In this document: one piece after another, positions 52,101 to 64,000 of the stretch
How positions within the stretch are numbered: position 1 is the stretch's first letter
Layout of the letters: every line of letters begins with the position of its first letter
Assembly: GCA_030390025.1 (NCBI GenBank)
Contig: CM059432.1
Span: 16,494,001 to 16,558,000, forward strand
Direction of reading: 5' to 3'
Length of the DNA stretch: 64,000 nucleotides
Source of the DNA: Squalus acanthias
Lineage: Eukaryota
The notes under the pieces: model-generated
The model's input: only the letters and a program-made list of their open reading frames with translations
What the model was told of the DNA's origin: nothing
The model's database searches: none
Position numbers and translations under genes: made by a program

Positions 52101-52234
52101 TCTAAACGCAGGTTAAGTACCAATAACGTTTATCTTTATCTATTTCTATTTTAATAACTTTTGGTGAATGTGACCCATGCCAAGAGGCAGATATTGGAAT
52201 AGGCCCACCATATAAAAATGAGTTTAACACCTTG
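49165..52234 (+). mobile_element. Decayed hAT DNA transposon (SPIN/GTF2IRD2-like transposase)
   Basis: KKTKVD*KRQAFQEKW at about 49326, IAIDDST, FHCILHQEALC, HTAVRWLTRG, C-terminal dimerisation region YPKLKSFASRILSMFGTMYRFEQVFS, and a 3' end ggccc...aaaatgagtttaacaccttg. Many stops and frameshifts. 5' TIR not recognised. Confidence 0.87.
50563..51606 (+). mobile_element. Harbinger-type element nested in the hAT transposase
   Basis: TIR GACCACGATTTT/AAAATTGCGGCC with TSD TAA. 50860-50965 is homologous to the Myb/SANT-like segment of 12432-14108 (REVLFPS..RKRPP). Confidence 0.82.
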
Positions 52235-53138
52235 GGTTAGAGATTGGAAAATGTGCATGGTGCAGGAAATAAAGCAACGATGGAGATATGTCCATCGCTG
52301 ATCTTGACTGTGGAGGTGGGAGGGCCTTGTTTGAGTTTGAGTGGGTGGGGGAAGTCAATATGGAGGGTAAAGTTGAAGGAGGAAAGGAGTTGGCGAAGAC
52401 GAGGCAAGGTGAGATAAAGTGCAGACGGTGACTAGTTCTTCAGAGAAAAGGCTTAGTGTTGACAGAAGGGAGTAGATTTTGTTTAATCCTCTGAGTAATA
52501 ATTTTTCAAGGCAACTTACAACACACGAAAATGTTTGAGTTACCACAACTACAAAATAATCTTGCCAATTACATTGCTGAAAATTACAATAAAATTAAAA
52601 CCAAAGTTTAGATACTGTGCCTCGAATAGTTTGTAATTCTGATGGGAAAAAGAAACCCCAATATTTTTCTCAATGTTTAATGGCGCAGTTTATGAGACAG
52701 GAAAATGCATTTAAAAACGATTGATTGATTTAAAAATCAATTAAAAAAAGACCGACATGTAAAATGGTTTTAAAGAAGATAAAATAAAACTAATGAAGAA
52801 TAATCATTCTTCTGTATAGAGTTATATTAAATGACATTGTGGCTTTTAATTGACAGCTAATTTTCAACACTTTTAAAATGGAATTGAAGAATTCAGACTT
52901 GCAGGAAAGATACATGAGTACATTAAAATAGAAAACACTTTAATACAACATTGATCTTTTACACATATAAACTATAGACCCATAACAGAAAGGGTAAAAT
53001 TAACATTTACTAAAGAAACGGTAACTGAGATCTCCTTGAACTGTCACCTCTGCTCCTTTTAAATTTATTGCATCAGTCGACATATATTCCAAATGTACCA
53101 GTACAGTTTATGTATAGGATACAATCTATTCTATTCAT

Positions 53139-53390
53139 GGGCATAAATTTCAGCTGAGTTGAAGACAAAATGGGAATACAAAAGGCCTTGGAGCCCCATT
53201 GGTGCCATGGTACCCCGATAGTATTCATTCACGAGGCACCCGCCTGAGTCCGGCGGGCGCTTCCTCCACTGCCAAACCACTGGCGTTAATATCGGAAATT
53301 GGCATAAACAGAATGGGAAATGGAGCTGCTCCATTTTAACTGCTCGCCCGCTCTGTTCCTGTTGCGCGGAGAGAGTTCAAATTTCCCCCC
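53139..53390. mobile_element. Possible short Harbinger-type MITE
   Basis: Imperfect TIR GGGCATAAATTT/AAATTTCCCCCC around a GC-rich core. Confidence 0.4.
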
Positions 53391-54377
53391 ATAAAATAAT
53401 AGATTTGACTGTGATAAAGTGTGACACAGAAGTGTTAGAGGAAGGGTATTGTGGGTAGTGTGTGACAGTGTAAAAGCAATCTTTTTCATATATTTCTGGA
53501 TTAAGAATTTAAAAAATTTAAATTTAAATCTTTAATTGTCAAAAATTCAAAGCAGCTTTATAAGCACTCCTGTATTCATTTTATTGACCTGAATAAGTGA
53601 AAGTTAAAAATAATTTAAAGTCTTCACACATTTAATTAAATAAAACCTTTTCCTGATTGTTTGACTAATCTGCTTCAAATAAATCTTAAGTATGAAACAT
53701 GTATTGCAGAAACTGGGCTTCAGTTATTCTTAGTGGTCAGTTACAAGCATTTCTACGAGGGTTGTTACAAGTTTGAAGTACACCAAAACGCTCACTGCCG
53801 TTGTTCAGCCTGATATAATGAATAGGAAAATTTCTATATACATTTGAAGTTACACAAATTAATATAGAAGATTCAAAGCAAACCTTGCGTTGGTGTACAA
53901 GGTAATGAATGCTGTTTCCTCATCAGTCCAATTACTCCAGATTGAATAAAACGGATTTTGAGAAAATTATTAACAAAATTACTTACTATTTGCATTTGTT
54001 TTCTTCTTCATTTAAAATACAGCAATTCCACAAAATGTATTTCAGAAATTTCAAACAAAATGGCAACACTTCAGTTGCAAACCACAGCACAAAGTAAGGA
54101 TACCATCTGCACTGGAGCAAGAAAGTCATTGGAATTTAGACTCAGCACCAACGTTCCCTTTAAGCTGCGCAACTGCGCAGCGCTCCAGGGATCCCGCGCA
54201 GCCAGCTTCTCAATGTAAAAACCGCGTATGCGCGGTAGTTTGAATGGCCTGTACATTAAAGGAGTCGCGCGGCGGCAAAAAAAAATGATGGGGAACATTT
54301 CTCAGCACTATAAATGGTCCAACTGTATGCAAGCAAGTTTTTCTCAATTGGGATATCGAATGATGCTAGCAAATAAT

Positions 54378-55089
54378 GGGGCTGAATTTGCGGTCGGAGG
54401 CTTCCCGCGGTCGGATGCCTCCAACCAGCAAAAAAAAAAATCTACGAACTTACCTGATGGTCCCGGAGGTTCGGACACTTGCGCTCCTGGGCCTCTATGC
54501 ATAGGCCTGCGTAGAGGCTCACGTAACCCGGGGTGCATGCGGTTCGCAAGCGCCCCTGGGATCACGTGGGCCGACCCAACCAACCAAAGAAGGGGGATCC
54601 CCATTTATACTTATGGAAGTTCCGTTTATACTTATGGAACCTCCATAAGCATGAATGGGGATGACATTAAAAATAGATTTAACATAACAAATACATAAAA
54701 GAAAATTATGTATTTAAAATACAACATAATTAAACAGTTAAAACAAAAATTTATTTTTTGTAAAATAAATTTACATATTGTAAATGGTCTAAAAATAAAC
54801 TTACCTTGTTGTACATGTGTTTTAATGTTTAAATGAATGAAACATTTTGATTTTTATATTTTTTAAAACTCGTACACTGGTAAAAGCAGGCCATACGCCT
54901 GCTTTTACCAGGCGTAAGAATTTGACAGGCATTCGCTGGGCAAATAGCGCAACTCTCTGCCCGCGGAGACCCTTCTCCTGGGGGCGTGTGCGATCTGTCA
55001 AGAAGATTCTTGACAGATTGCAAGTTCTGGGTTTTAGTGCATGCGTTTCGCACCTCGCACGCACCCGTAGGGGCCGCAAATTACGGCCG
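54378..55089. mobile_element. Harbinger-type MITE (related to 17344-18086, opposite orientation)
   Basis: Imperfect TIR GGGGCTGAATTTGCGG/CCGCAAATTACGGCCG. AT-rich core with aaaaataaacttacct, the reverse complement of aggtaagtttattttt in the 17344 element. Confidence 0.72.
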
Positions 55090-58000
55090 AGTAAATCACA
55101 ACTGCCCATCCAAATAACACGTCAAATCATATGAGCTTCAGTACCATTGCCCTGTTGAAAACGTTATATCAGTGGACTCTGTATTGCCAGATCTCTGATA
55201 CTTGGTTTGCGCAAATCTCCTCCCTACACTGCAATGTGGCTGATGCTTCTGCTTCTGCTGTTGGCAACCTGCCATGGTCAGAATGTTCAGAATCAGCATT
55301 ATAGCAACACAACATTAAAGTCGTCCTGAATGATACGACTGCTGACTTGTCAAGTCGCAATTTATATAAAATCAGGTAACCATTTCAAAATGAAGCTGTA
55401 AAAATAGTTAATCGAGTTAAAACGGACAGCTGTCTTAACAAAGTGATCAAAGCTCTGCTTATTTTTGATCAGGCTTGCCTGGTCTTTTGCACTGTAGTCG
55501 CAGAAATGATCAGTAAAGGTGCCAAAGCGGCTCTGCATATGCGTTGCACATTTTAATACTTCACCATAGGGCATCAATCTTCTTTGCTTACCTCAAAAAT
55601 AATTAAATAACCAACGGCGCCCTCACTCAATGTAGGAGAATAATTCTGACAGGATGGACTAAGTCAATGATACAATGATACATAGACTGCAGCGTTGAAC
55701 CCCTGAACTCCTTAATAAGGAGAGGTGCGAGTCTGAATGTCAAACTTTACTGCGCTTGAAGGCACCAGCTCTCACTGTGAAAGCTTTAACAACTGAATAT
55801 CGTACCAGATGCCACGATTGTGCTATAGCAGGGCACTGCATCTCAGGGGAGAAACATCTCGAGCTCAACCACAGTTCACAATGGTGCACTACCTCTAAAC
55901 CATGTAGCCACAAACATACGCTGCTCCATCTTCACGGTCAGAAATCGAGCAAGATGCGAGGCGGGGGAAGGGGAAAGCAACAGGCAATTTCCTGGGGTGG
56001 TGAGGGGGTACCATGGAGAGTATAAGAGAACAGTAAAAGAACTCCTGAGGGAGAAAAGCAGGGTCATTTTCAGGTTACTGGGATATGACCCGAGATGAAA
56101 CTAATGGAATATTTGATGGGTACAATATCCAAGTGTTTAACTATTTCAAATCAGATCAAATTATTCCTATTTACACCTTTTGTATAAACATTGGATGTTG
56201 TGCATTATGAAATTAACAGAGCTTTGAAAATGCAAAGTTTCACTTAGTTATTAAGTGAAATTTAAAAAAAAATCTTTGCTTTGAGATTTTTTTCCTCTGA
56301 AATATCTATCCTTACTCCTCAACTGAAGATAGTCGGCCCCGTGTACGTAGAAACATAGAAGATAGGAGCAGGAGTGGGCCATTCGGCCCCTCTAACCTGC
56401 TCCGCCATTCAATGCGATCATGGCTGATCATCCAAATTCAGAACGTGATAAATAACTGCTAACAATGTGGTCACTGAAGTGGCAAACTTGATAATTGGAA
56501 CACTGTTATCATGAGCCTAAATGCAAATTCGTCAGCTGAAAGAAATTAAGGTCTTGCATAAGCTACTCAACAAATTAGTGGAGCTCAAAAATAAAACATT
56601 AATATCTACCCACAAGTCCCAACTGTTACATTAAATTTTATAATTGGTTCTAAACACACCCATTCACAATTGATGCATTTTTCTACGCATCATACAAGTT
56701 TCTCAAAATAAAACAATTTTTTACGAATTAAGAAACCTTCTTTCACATGCATTTTTGTCACAAAGCTGATTTAAGAATGTTACACAGTCTGATCGACAGA
56801 AGTCAATAGAAGATACTTACTGAGTGTTAGGGAACTGCGCTTCACCCTTATTAAAAAGTTGCTTAACTTTACGTTTCCACTGGATTATCAGCATTTTTAA
56901 AAATGATCCACAATTTTTAAGAAGTGCAAATTACATTGGCCAAAACTAATTTGAATAAAGATGTTCTGGGAACACATTTGTCATAGTTAGTGAATTAAGG
57001 CTCTCACTGGAAACATGGTTGCGAGAAAGTAAAGCAGTTTTGTACTACTGCATGATAAATGCTGATGGCAAAGAAAACCTGGGAAGCAGTTGAGCGATAG
57101 CCACATGCCTTACTACACACCAAACCCATTATGATGAAACAGGATGTGCTAGCGACTGGCAGAATGAGTCATTTAAGTGGAAAATTATTTGTTTAAGGTA
57201 TGCAAGTTTACAGCCCCAAGGAAATCCAATTGCTGACTGCAATCTTAAAATACTTGCATTTCATTCCAAGCAAAGCCGAAATGGCAGCATTTCCAAATCG
57301 AATTCACGTTTAACGTTTACTCTGAGTGTGGGAAGCAGTTGCAAAACTGCATTAATTGCACCAATTACATAGAGTCTACAGCACAGAAACAAGCCAAATT
57401 GGTCTCTGCCAGCATTTATGCTCCACACGAGCCTCCTCCCACCCCTCTTCACCTAATAAGTAGCGAACACTCTTAGTTATTGAGGAATTAGCTATTTTGA
57501 ATTGACATAACCTATTAGTAAACTTAATTGTAACTTCTTGCAGAGAATCTAAGTTTTCAAAAATTACTTTAAGATGGCACGGAAGTACAGCATGTTGGTG
57601 TGGAACATTCTGAACAACAGAGATAGGACAAGGATTCATAGCCATGATTTCCTCCCATCAAATTCCTCATTTCACATATGCAAGGGTGTAGAGAAGAGGT
57701 CTTGGAGCAGGGACTTCTTTGCAAGGATGGGGTGAGGGTGAAAGGAAGAAAGGACAGACTAGCCATCTATCACACTGACCACTTTCACGCACTATCTAGA
57801 AGCCACTGCACTGCCGGCAGCAGATAAGCTGCTACTTGCTTGGTCAGGAAACTATGAATGGTGCTCAGAGGTGCAAGAGTGGGAAAAGTTACTTTCAGAA
57901 AAAAGCAACCTGCAGAAAAGAAGATGCAGGGTTTGTTGTGTCAGCAGACTTTTGGTCAAAGGCCCATCTCCATTTATAGGTTTTGCTCTTTTGCTTCATG

Positions 58001-58808
58001 AACTTTCAAGACTTTTACAGAACAAGGTCAAAATAAAATCAGAAGATTGCTGAAAAACACTGTGGGATTTGGGCGATTTAAAAAATTCGCCAGTAACATT
58101 TTAATACCAAGAACATGAAGTTACAAAGTTTGCCTCCTCCAGAAGCCAAGCTTTATATTTAGAAGAATGCTAATATGTTCCTTGCTCATCACAGTCATAA
58201 AGCTGAGGCTGTCCAGGAAACTGATATAATTACATCTTCTAAGGGAGACAGGACAACTGATTATCTAAGTTCTAAAATCAGTCTCTTTTTAGCGAAGCAC
58301 AACTATCTGGACTGTATACCATCATTTAAATCTCCAAAATAACCATCCTTGCCATCGACTAAACAGAACCATATTCTGGATCAATCTTTCACTTTGGTTA
58401 AATTTACTAAAGCTGTATCTCTATCCTTAACTCTCTCAAATTTGAAAGTTTGACTTGAGACTCCACTCCCCTCCACTTTTTAACCATTTTCTTCCTTTCC
58501 ACTTTCCCTGGTCCTTTAATACTATGTACTATATTAATCCAAGAGGATGATCCGGTGACCTTTTCACCACCTTCCACCAATGCTGCTCTAAAATATATCT
58601 CTAGGATGCACAACAGCATTTCCCCAAGGTGTCTTTTCCTCAGATTATCCCTCCCTTCCTTTGGGTAGGTCCAGCCTCCATGGTGGAATGACTGAGATGG
58701 GCAACTCATTGTGTAGGTGATCAAGGACATGAATTATCATCTCACCATTCCATGCACAATGATGTGCCACCATTCTGTCAGCCATCTGTGCTCTTAATGA
58801 AAAAACAG

Positions 58809-59143
58809 ATAGAGTGGATAGGAAGGACCGATTTCCCTTAGCAGAGAGGACAATAACCAGGGGGCATAGATTTAAAGTAATTGGTAGATGGATTAGAGGG
58901 GAGTTGAGGAGAATTTCTTTCAACCAGAGGGTGGTGGGGGTCTGGAACTCACTGCCTGAAAGGGTGGTAGAGGCAGAAACCTTCACTGCATTTAAAAAGT
59001 AATTGGATGTGCACTTGAAGTGCCGTAACCTACAAGATCAAGAGCTGGAAAGTGGGATTAGGCGGATAGCTCATTATCGGCCGGCACAGACACGATGGGC
59101 CGAATGGCCTCCTTCTCTGCCGTAAACCTCTATGATTCTATGA
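58809..59143 (+). mobile_element. CR1 3' end
   Basis: DRKDRFPLAE..TRGHRFKVIG, with a ctatgattctatga tail. Same subfamily as 2310-2651. Confidence 0.9.
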
Positions 59144-60407
59144 ACATATACACTGAATAATGAGCAAGGTTTTTGAATAATTTATTACAAAATAGTTCTG
59201 ACTGAATCTCTCAAAGATGATTACATGTATTACACAAATTGGGAGCAGTTCTTTACATGTCCAAAGGTGATTATCTAAATCTTTACAAGGCTCACTTCTT
59301 TGTTGGGTAGCTAGTTGTATTGTGTCAAAGCATGTCCCTTAACACGTCATTTTTATCCTATTTTGCAAGAACTCTCGTTCGAACTTGATTCAATTTAGAA
59401 CTCACATGGCCAAACAAAAGACAACCAAGTCTGCATTAGCAGCTGGGGCTAGATGCCAAATTAATTTTAGAATACTAATCAATCTAAACAAGGTTGTTTT
59501 GGGTCTATTTCCTAAAAGTGCTTTGGTTAATGAATAACATTTTTTACAATTACTGCATGTTTGATTCTCACTACGTTGATGTTGTTTTACAATATATTAT
59601 AGCCACCAACGCAAATCTGAATTTGCTTCGAGTAACATTTCAGAGAAAAATAGTGACACACAGAAAATGGTAGTTGGCTGAACAAACATCTTAATTAGTT
59701 ACCATTTGTGCAGTCTAATATACAGAGAATCCAACTCCCAGTCACCAGCTCCCTTTCCCTCACACGCATGGTAGGGAAAGCCTGCCACGCAGGCGATGGA
59801 ATCCAAATGAATGGTGTTGGTGCATGTCAGCCTTTACTTAATAAAAGGCTAAGTGCACAGAATGTGGGAGAATTCAGACACCAATGTACTGGAGTGAAAT
59901 ATTTGTGGGTTACTACAATGGGAGTCTCTAGCTTAGGTGAATATAATTGAAAAGGTGGTTACCTCCCAGCTTGTGCTCTCAGACCCCGAAACCAGACAAA
60001 GTCAAGTTCAAATAAAGGGGAAAGATTAATCAATATGTTTTCAGCACAGCAATTACAAATGAGTTAGAACTTTTATAGCAGAATGTCAACCACAACAATC
60101 TTCTATTATTCCTGAGCAAAACTAGCTAGCGAGGTAAAAATACTTGCATTCATATTGTGCCTTACCACGGCAATATCGCCAAGTGCTTCACACAATGTCA
60201 TTTTAACACCCTCTTGTTTTAAAGGAAGTCTGAACATTATGGGGACTGCCCTTCCCTGTGAAACTCCTGTTAGTTTTTTAACACCACCACATTAAAAATC
60301 AGACTTTCAATTGCAAAATAGAATAAATGGAAAAAAAGCGCCAGGAAAAATGTAAAGACACAACCAGCTCTGCACGTGTAATTGACCACTTTCCCGACTG
60401 TGCGTGA

Positions 60408-60860
60408 GAAAGAAAGACTTGCATTTATAGAGCGCCTTTCACGACCACCGGACTTCTCAAAACACTTTACAGCCAATTAAGTATTTTTGAAGTGGAGTCA
60501 CTGTTGTAATGTGGGAAATGCGGCAGCCAATTTGCGCACAGCATGCTCCCACAAACAGCAATGTGATAATCTGTTTTTGTTATGTTGGTTGAGGGATAAA
60601 TATTGGCCAGGACATCGGGGATAACTCCGCTACTCTTCTTCGAAATAGTGCCATGGGATCTTTTATGTCCACCTGAGACAGCAGACAGGGCCTCAGTTTA
60701 ATGTCTCATCCGAAAGATGGCACCTCCGACAGTGCAGCACTCACTCAGTACTGCACTGGAGTGTCAGCCTAGCTTTATGTGCTCAAGTCCCTGGAGTGGG
60801 ACTTGAACCCACAACCTTCTGACTCAGAGGCGAGTATGCTACCCACTGATCCACAGCTGA
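60408..60860 (-). mobile_element. Near full-length DeuSINE (SacSINE1-like)
   Basis: On the minus strand: tRNA-like head (...gagtcagaaggttgtgggttcaagtccc), Deu-like central domain and an L2-like tail (ataaatgcaagtctttctttct). Confidence 0.8.
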
Positions 60861-60909
60861 CACAAGGGGAAAGGGAGCTGATATCTGGGAGTTGGATTCT
60901 CTGTATAGT

Positions 60910-61272
60910 AGACTGCACCGTTTGCAAGATACACTGCAGCAACTTGCCAAGGCTTCTTCGACAGCACCTCCCAAACCCACGACCTCTACCACCTAGAAGG
61001 ACAAGGGCAGCAGGCGCATGGGATCACTACCACCTACAAGTTCCCCTCCAAGTCACACACCATCCTGACTTGGAAATATATCGCCGTTCCTTCATAGTCA
61101 CTGGGTCAAAATTCTGGAACTCCCTCACTACAGCACTGCGGGAGTACCTTCAAATCACAGACTGCAGTGGTTCAAGGAGGCGGCTCACCACTGCCTTCTC
61201 AAGGGCAATTAGGCACGGGCAATAAATGCTGGCTTTGCCAGCGACACCCACATCCCATGAATGAATAAAAAA
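60910..61272 (+). mobile_element. A-tailed LINE 3' fragment
   Basis: CTVCKIHCSNLPRLLRQHLPNPRPLPPRRTRAAG..., ending gaataaaaa. Confidence 0.85.
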
Positions 61273-63049
61273 TTGCCAAGTTTCACATTAAGTGTGCTGT
61301 GCTCTGTTAATCTATTTGGCTTCAATCCCTCTATGATCATTCATGAATTACCAGAAATACTTAGCAGAATACCAGTAACAAGATAACTTGTTGGGGCTAC
61401 TGAAATTACCTCATTGAGCACCAGAGTACCCAAAACAAGTCAGAACACCAACCTGAACAATTCTTAAAATCCTTAACTTCAAATGGTTGAAACAGCTCTT
61501 AGCTATTGAGGGAATAGTCCTAGCTTTTATTTTTAAGTTAATTTTATAGTATCCCCACTGTCAAATGCTTAACAGTTAAATTCTTAAATCAAAGAAAATA
61601 AATCAACTTCGGGGTACTTTGAAAAGTCAACCCTCTCTGGAAGGTGACTTTCAGAGGGGCTGCAACCAGAAAGGTACACTAGTACACACATTCTAGTCAT
61701 TTTCCATTCAACCATTTTTGAACAGCAATCTGGGAAACCATAATGATGTTGAACCTCATAATTCCTACAGACTCACACCTGAGCCAACCCACTAAAAAAG
61801 GAGGACTCTCTCCTCCATTATAGTAAATAGGCTAGGACAAGTATCCCCACTAGCTGGAAGATGCAGCATCCCCGCGCTGTGACAAAGTGCAATGTTCCTC
61901 ACAACAAACATATGCCAGTCAGGATTGGTCAACTCACGGAATCTGTCTGCTGCCTTTATTAGAAAGCTAAACTACCCAGACACCACACACATCCAGACCA
62001 CCCCCTAAGGCGGCAAGAATGGGCCAACTCAGAAAAAAGAGCCATAAGCTAACAACAACAACCCCTTCATAAAACTTCGCCATGGGCAACAATCCAACCT
62101 TGCAAGATACCCTCTCTATGGAGCCAGACCCATTGAGATTCCATGACCCATTGCCAAACTATCATGATCACACACCCAAAAAGTGCTCAATTCCCAGAGA
62201 AACACAACTGTACAGACAACCCTCAGTATTTTCCTGCAAGTACTATGTGACAAAACTGTACATCACTTCACAAAATGGTGACTTCACACTATGTTTTCTT
62301 GGGGTAAAAAAAGAAACAATGTTAGTTTTCAGCATTTTACCCTTTTGCAAGATGACAAAATGAAGCATTTTGGTTTATTTATTCATGCTAGATGGCACAA
62401 ACAGGGTTAAAATTAGTGGTTTCTTCAAGCTGCACTATTCTGTCCAGAAATGCACCTGACAAATGTCTGGATAAGTGTTAATTTACAAGTTGTTCAAAGT
62501 GACTGGAACAGATCAATGGGTTTCTCAGGAAGATGACAAAACATTCAATTCAAATACAATCATTCTGTTTATTCGCTTGTTCGACCGTTGGGTTTCACTA
62601 CATTTACCTAGATATTCAGCAGATAAAGGCACATTCTGGTTTCGAGGGGATGCAATTTCCACTTATGGTAACAGCCAGTGAGCGGAGCAGAAGGAAAATA
62701 TCTAGCGTAAAATCCTGAAAACTTAACAGTGGTGGCAGCTTGGTGCCATTAATCATCACTCAGACCTAAAGGATATTTAAGTGTTTTAAAGGACATTAAA
62801 CAGTAGCAAACAGTAGTATTTTAAAATAGCTACAAAGTCTCAGTACAGTTGATTTAGCTCATAAATTTGGGATAATTTTGTTAAATCCAGTTGGATACCA
62901 AAGTTTAAAAGAGGGAGATGACATAGATGGATTCTTTGTTGGCATTTGAATTATCAGCAAACCATCATAAGTTGAAAAAAGTTTGGGTGAGGAGTTTGTA
63001 ACATCACTTCAGTAAAGCACCCACAGCATTTTCACAGGTAGATAAATGG

Positions 63050-63735
63050 ATAGTGTCGACTATGTTATTCTTATTGTTTAGTTGATCCCCTCAACTACTG
63101 GAAACACTCTGCTTCTCTTTACCCATCCTTTCATAATTTTAAATTCTATCATATCGCCCTGTAATCAGCACAAGGGAAAACAGCTTAGATTTTCATTCGT
63201 ATTTTTTTTTTTTTTTTTAACAGCCTCATTAATCTGAGGTGCTTCAGCTAATGTGCTATGAACCTGTATCCCAAATGCCTCTGCTCTTCCACAGCACCCA
63301 GCCTACTTCTCATTCAGAGTGTCATTACTGCTTTGTTTTAAAAAATCAAAATGTATAGCCTCACACTTATTGACACGATTTCCATCTGCCACTTTTTAGC
63401 CCATTCCACTATCTTACCAATATCCCTTTACAGCTACTTTTGATCTCCTAAAGATTTAACTACATTTCCTAGTTTGGAATCATAGCAGAATTTACCACCA
63501 CTCCCTCCAGGCCTATATCGAAATCATTAATATACACAGTGATTAGAAGTGGCCCCACAACTGAACCCTGTGGGACACCATTATCCACTTCCAACCACTC
63601 AAGAAAAACTGCCCTCAACTCCCACTGTTTTCTCCTAACTAATTTTTAATCCAGTTTGCAATCCCGCTAATTCCATATCCCTTAATCTTCTCTAGTAATC
63701 TCCCATGTGGTACCTTGTCAACGGCTTTCCTCAAA
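63050..63735 (-). mobile_element. Old CR1 fragment
   Basis: KAVDKVPHGRLLEKIKGYGI..IANWIKN and GVPQGSVVGP on the minus strand. Confidence 0.75.
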
Positions 63736-63737
63736 TG

Positions 63738-64000
63738 GCAACACGGTGGCATAGTGGTTAGCACTGTTGCCTCACAGCGCCAGGAACCCGGGTTCGAATC
63801 TGGCCTCGGATGACTGTCTGTGTGGAGTTTGCACATTCTCCCCGTGTCTGCGTGGGTTTCCTCCGGGTCCTCCGGTTTCCTCCCGCAGTCCAAAGATGTG
63901 CGGGTTAGGTTGATTTGGCTATGATAAATTGACCCTTAGTGTTAGGGGGATTAAATACGTGGGGATAGGGTGGGATATGTGTCGGTGCAGGCTCGATGGA
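63738..64000 (+). mobile_element. HE1-like V-SINE, cut by the window edge
   Basis: Highly similar to 15911-16230. Confidence 0.9.

Noticed and set aside
39946..57980. CArG-like boxes at about 39946, 55710 and 57970 as possible SRF sites
   Set aside because: Each has 7 A/T bases between CC and GG, not the canonical 6.
35718..64000. Preceding kinase exon (...CWAYDPSRRPRFTELKAQL)
   Set aside because: No match seen. Presumed to lie beyond position 64000.

Overview
Eukaryotic, repeat-rich vertebrate DNA, almost certainly from a shark or other elasmobranch (HE1-type V-SINEs, HER1/CR1 LINEs, SacSINE1-like DeuSINEs). The window lies inside PTK2 (focal adhesion kinase, FAK) on the minus strand. Four canonical coding exons are visible (35606-35717, 22789-22875, 21697-21837, 20841-20972), covering the end of the kinase domain and the proline-rich region; I did not find the flanking exons in this window. 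The rest is intron filled with transposable elements: a young full-length Gypsy LTR retrotransposon with CsRn1/Kabuki-clade hallmarks (5240-9640), a decayed hAT transposase, many PIF/Harbinger-type elements with 3-bp TSDs, CR1 and L2 fragments, SINEs and Penelope-type fragments carrying minimal hammerhead-ribozyme motifs. The best novelty candidate is an unexpected 306-nt, stop-free, phase 0-0 exon (32400-32705, minus strand) between two canonical PTK2 exons. It would add 102 aa to FAK while rebuilding the SH3-binding motif (APPK|PSR becomes APPK|PAR). Repeat boundaries without a stated TSD or TIR are approximate, and repeat family names come from recalled consensus features, not database searches.
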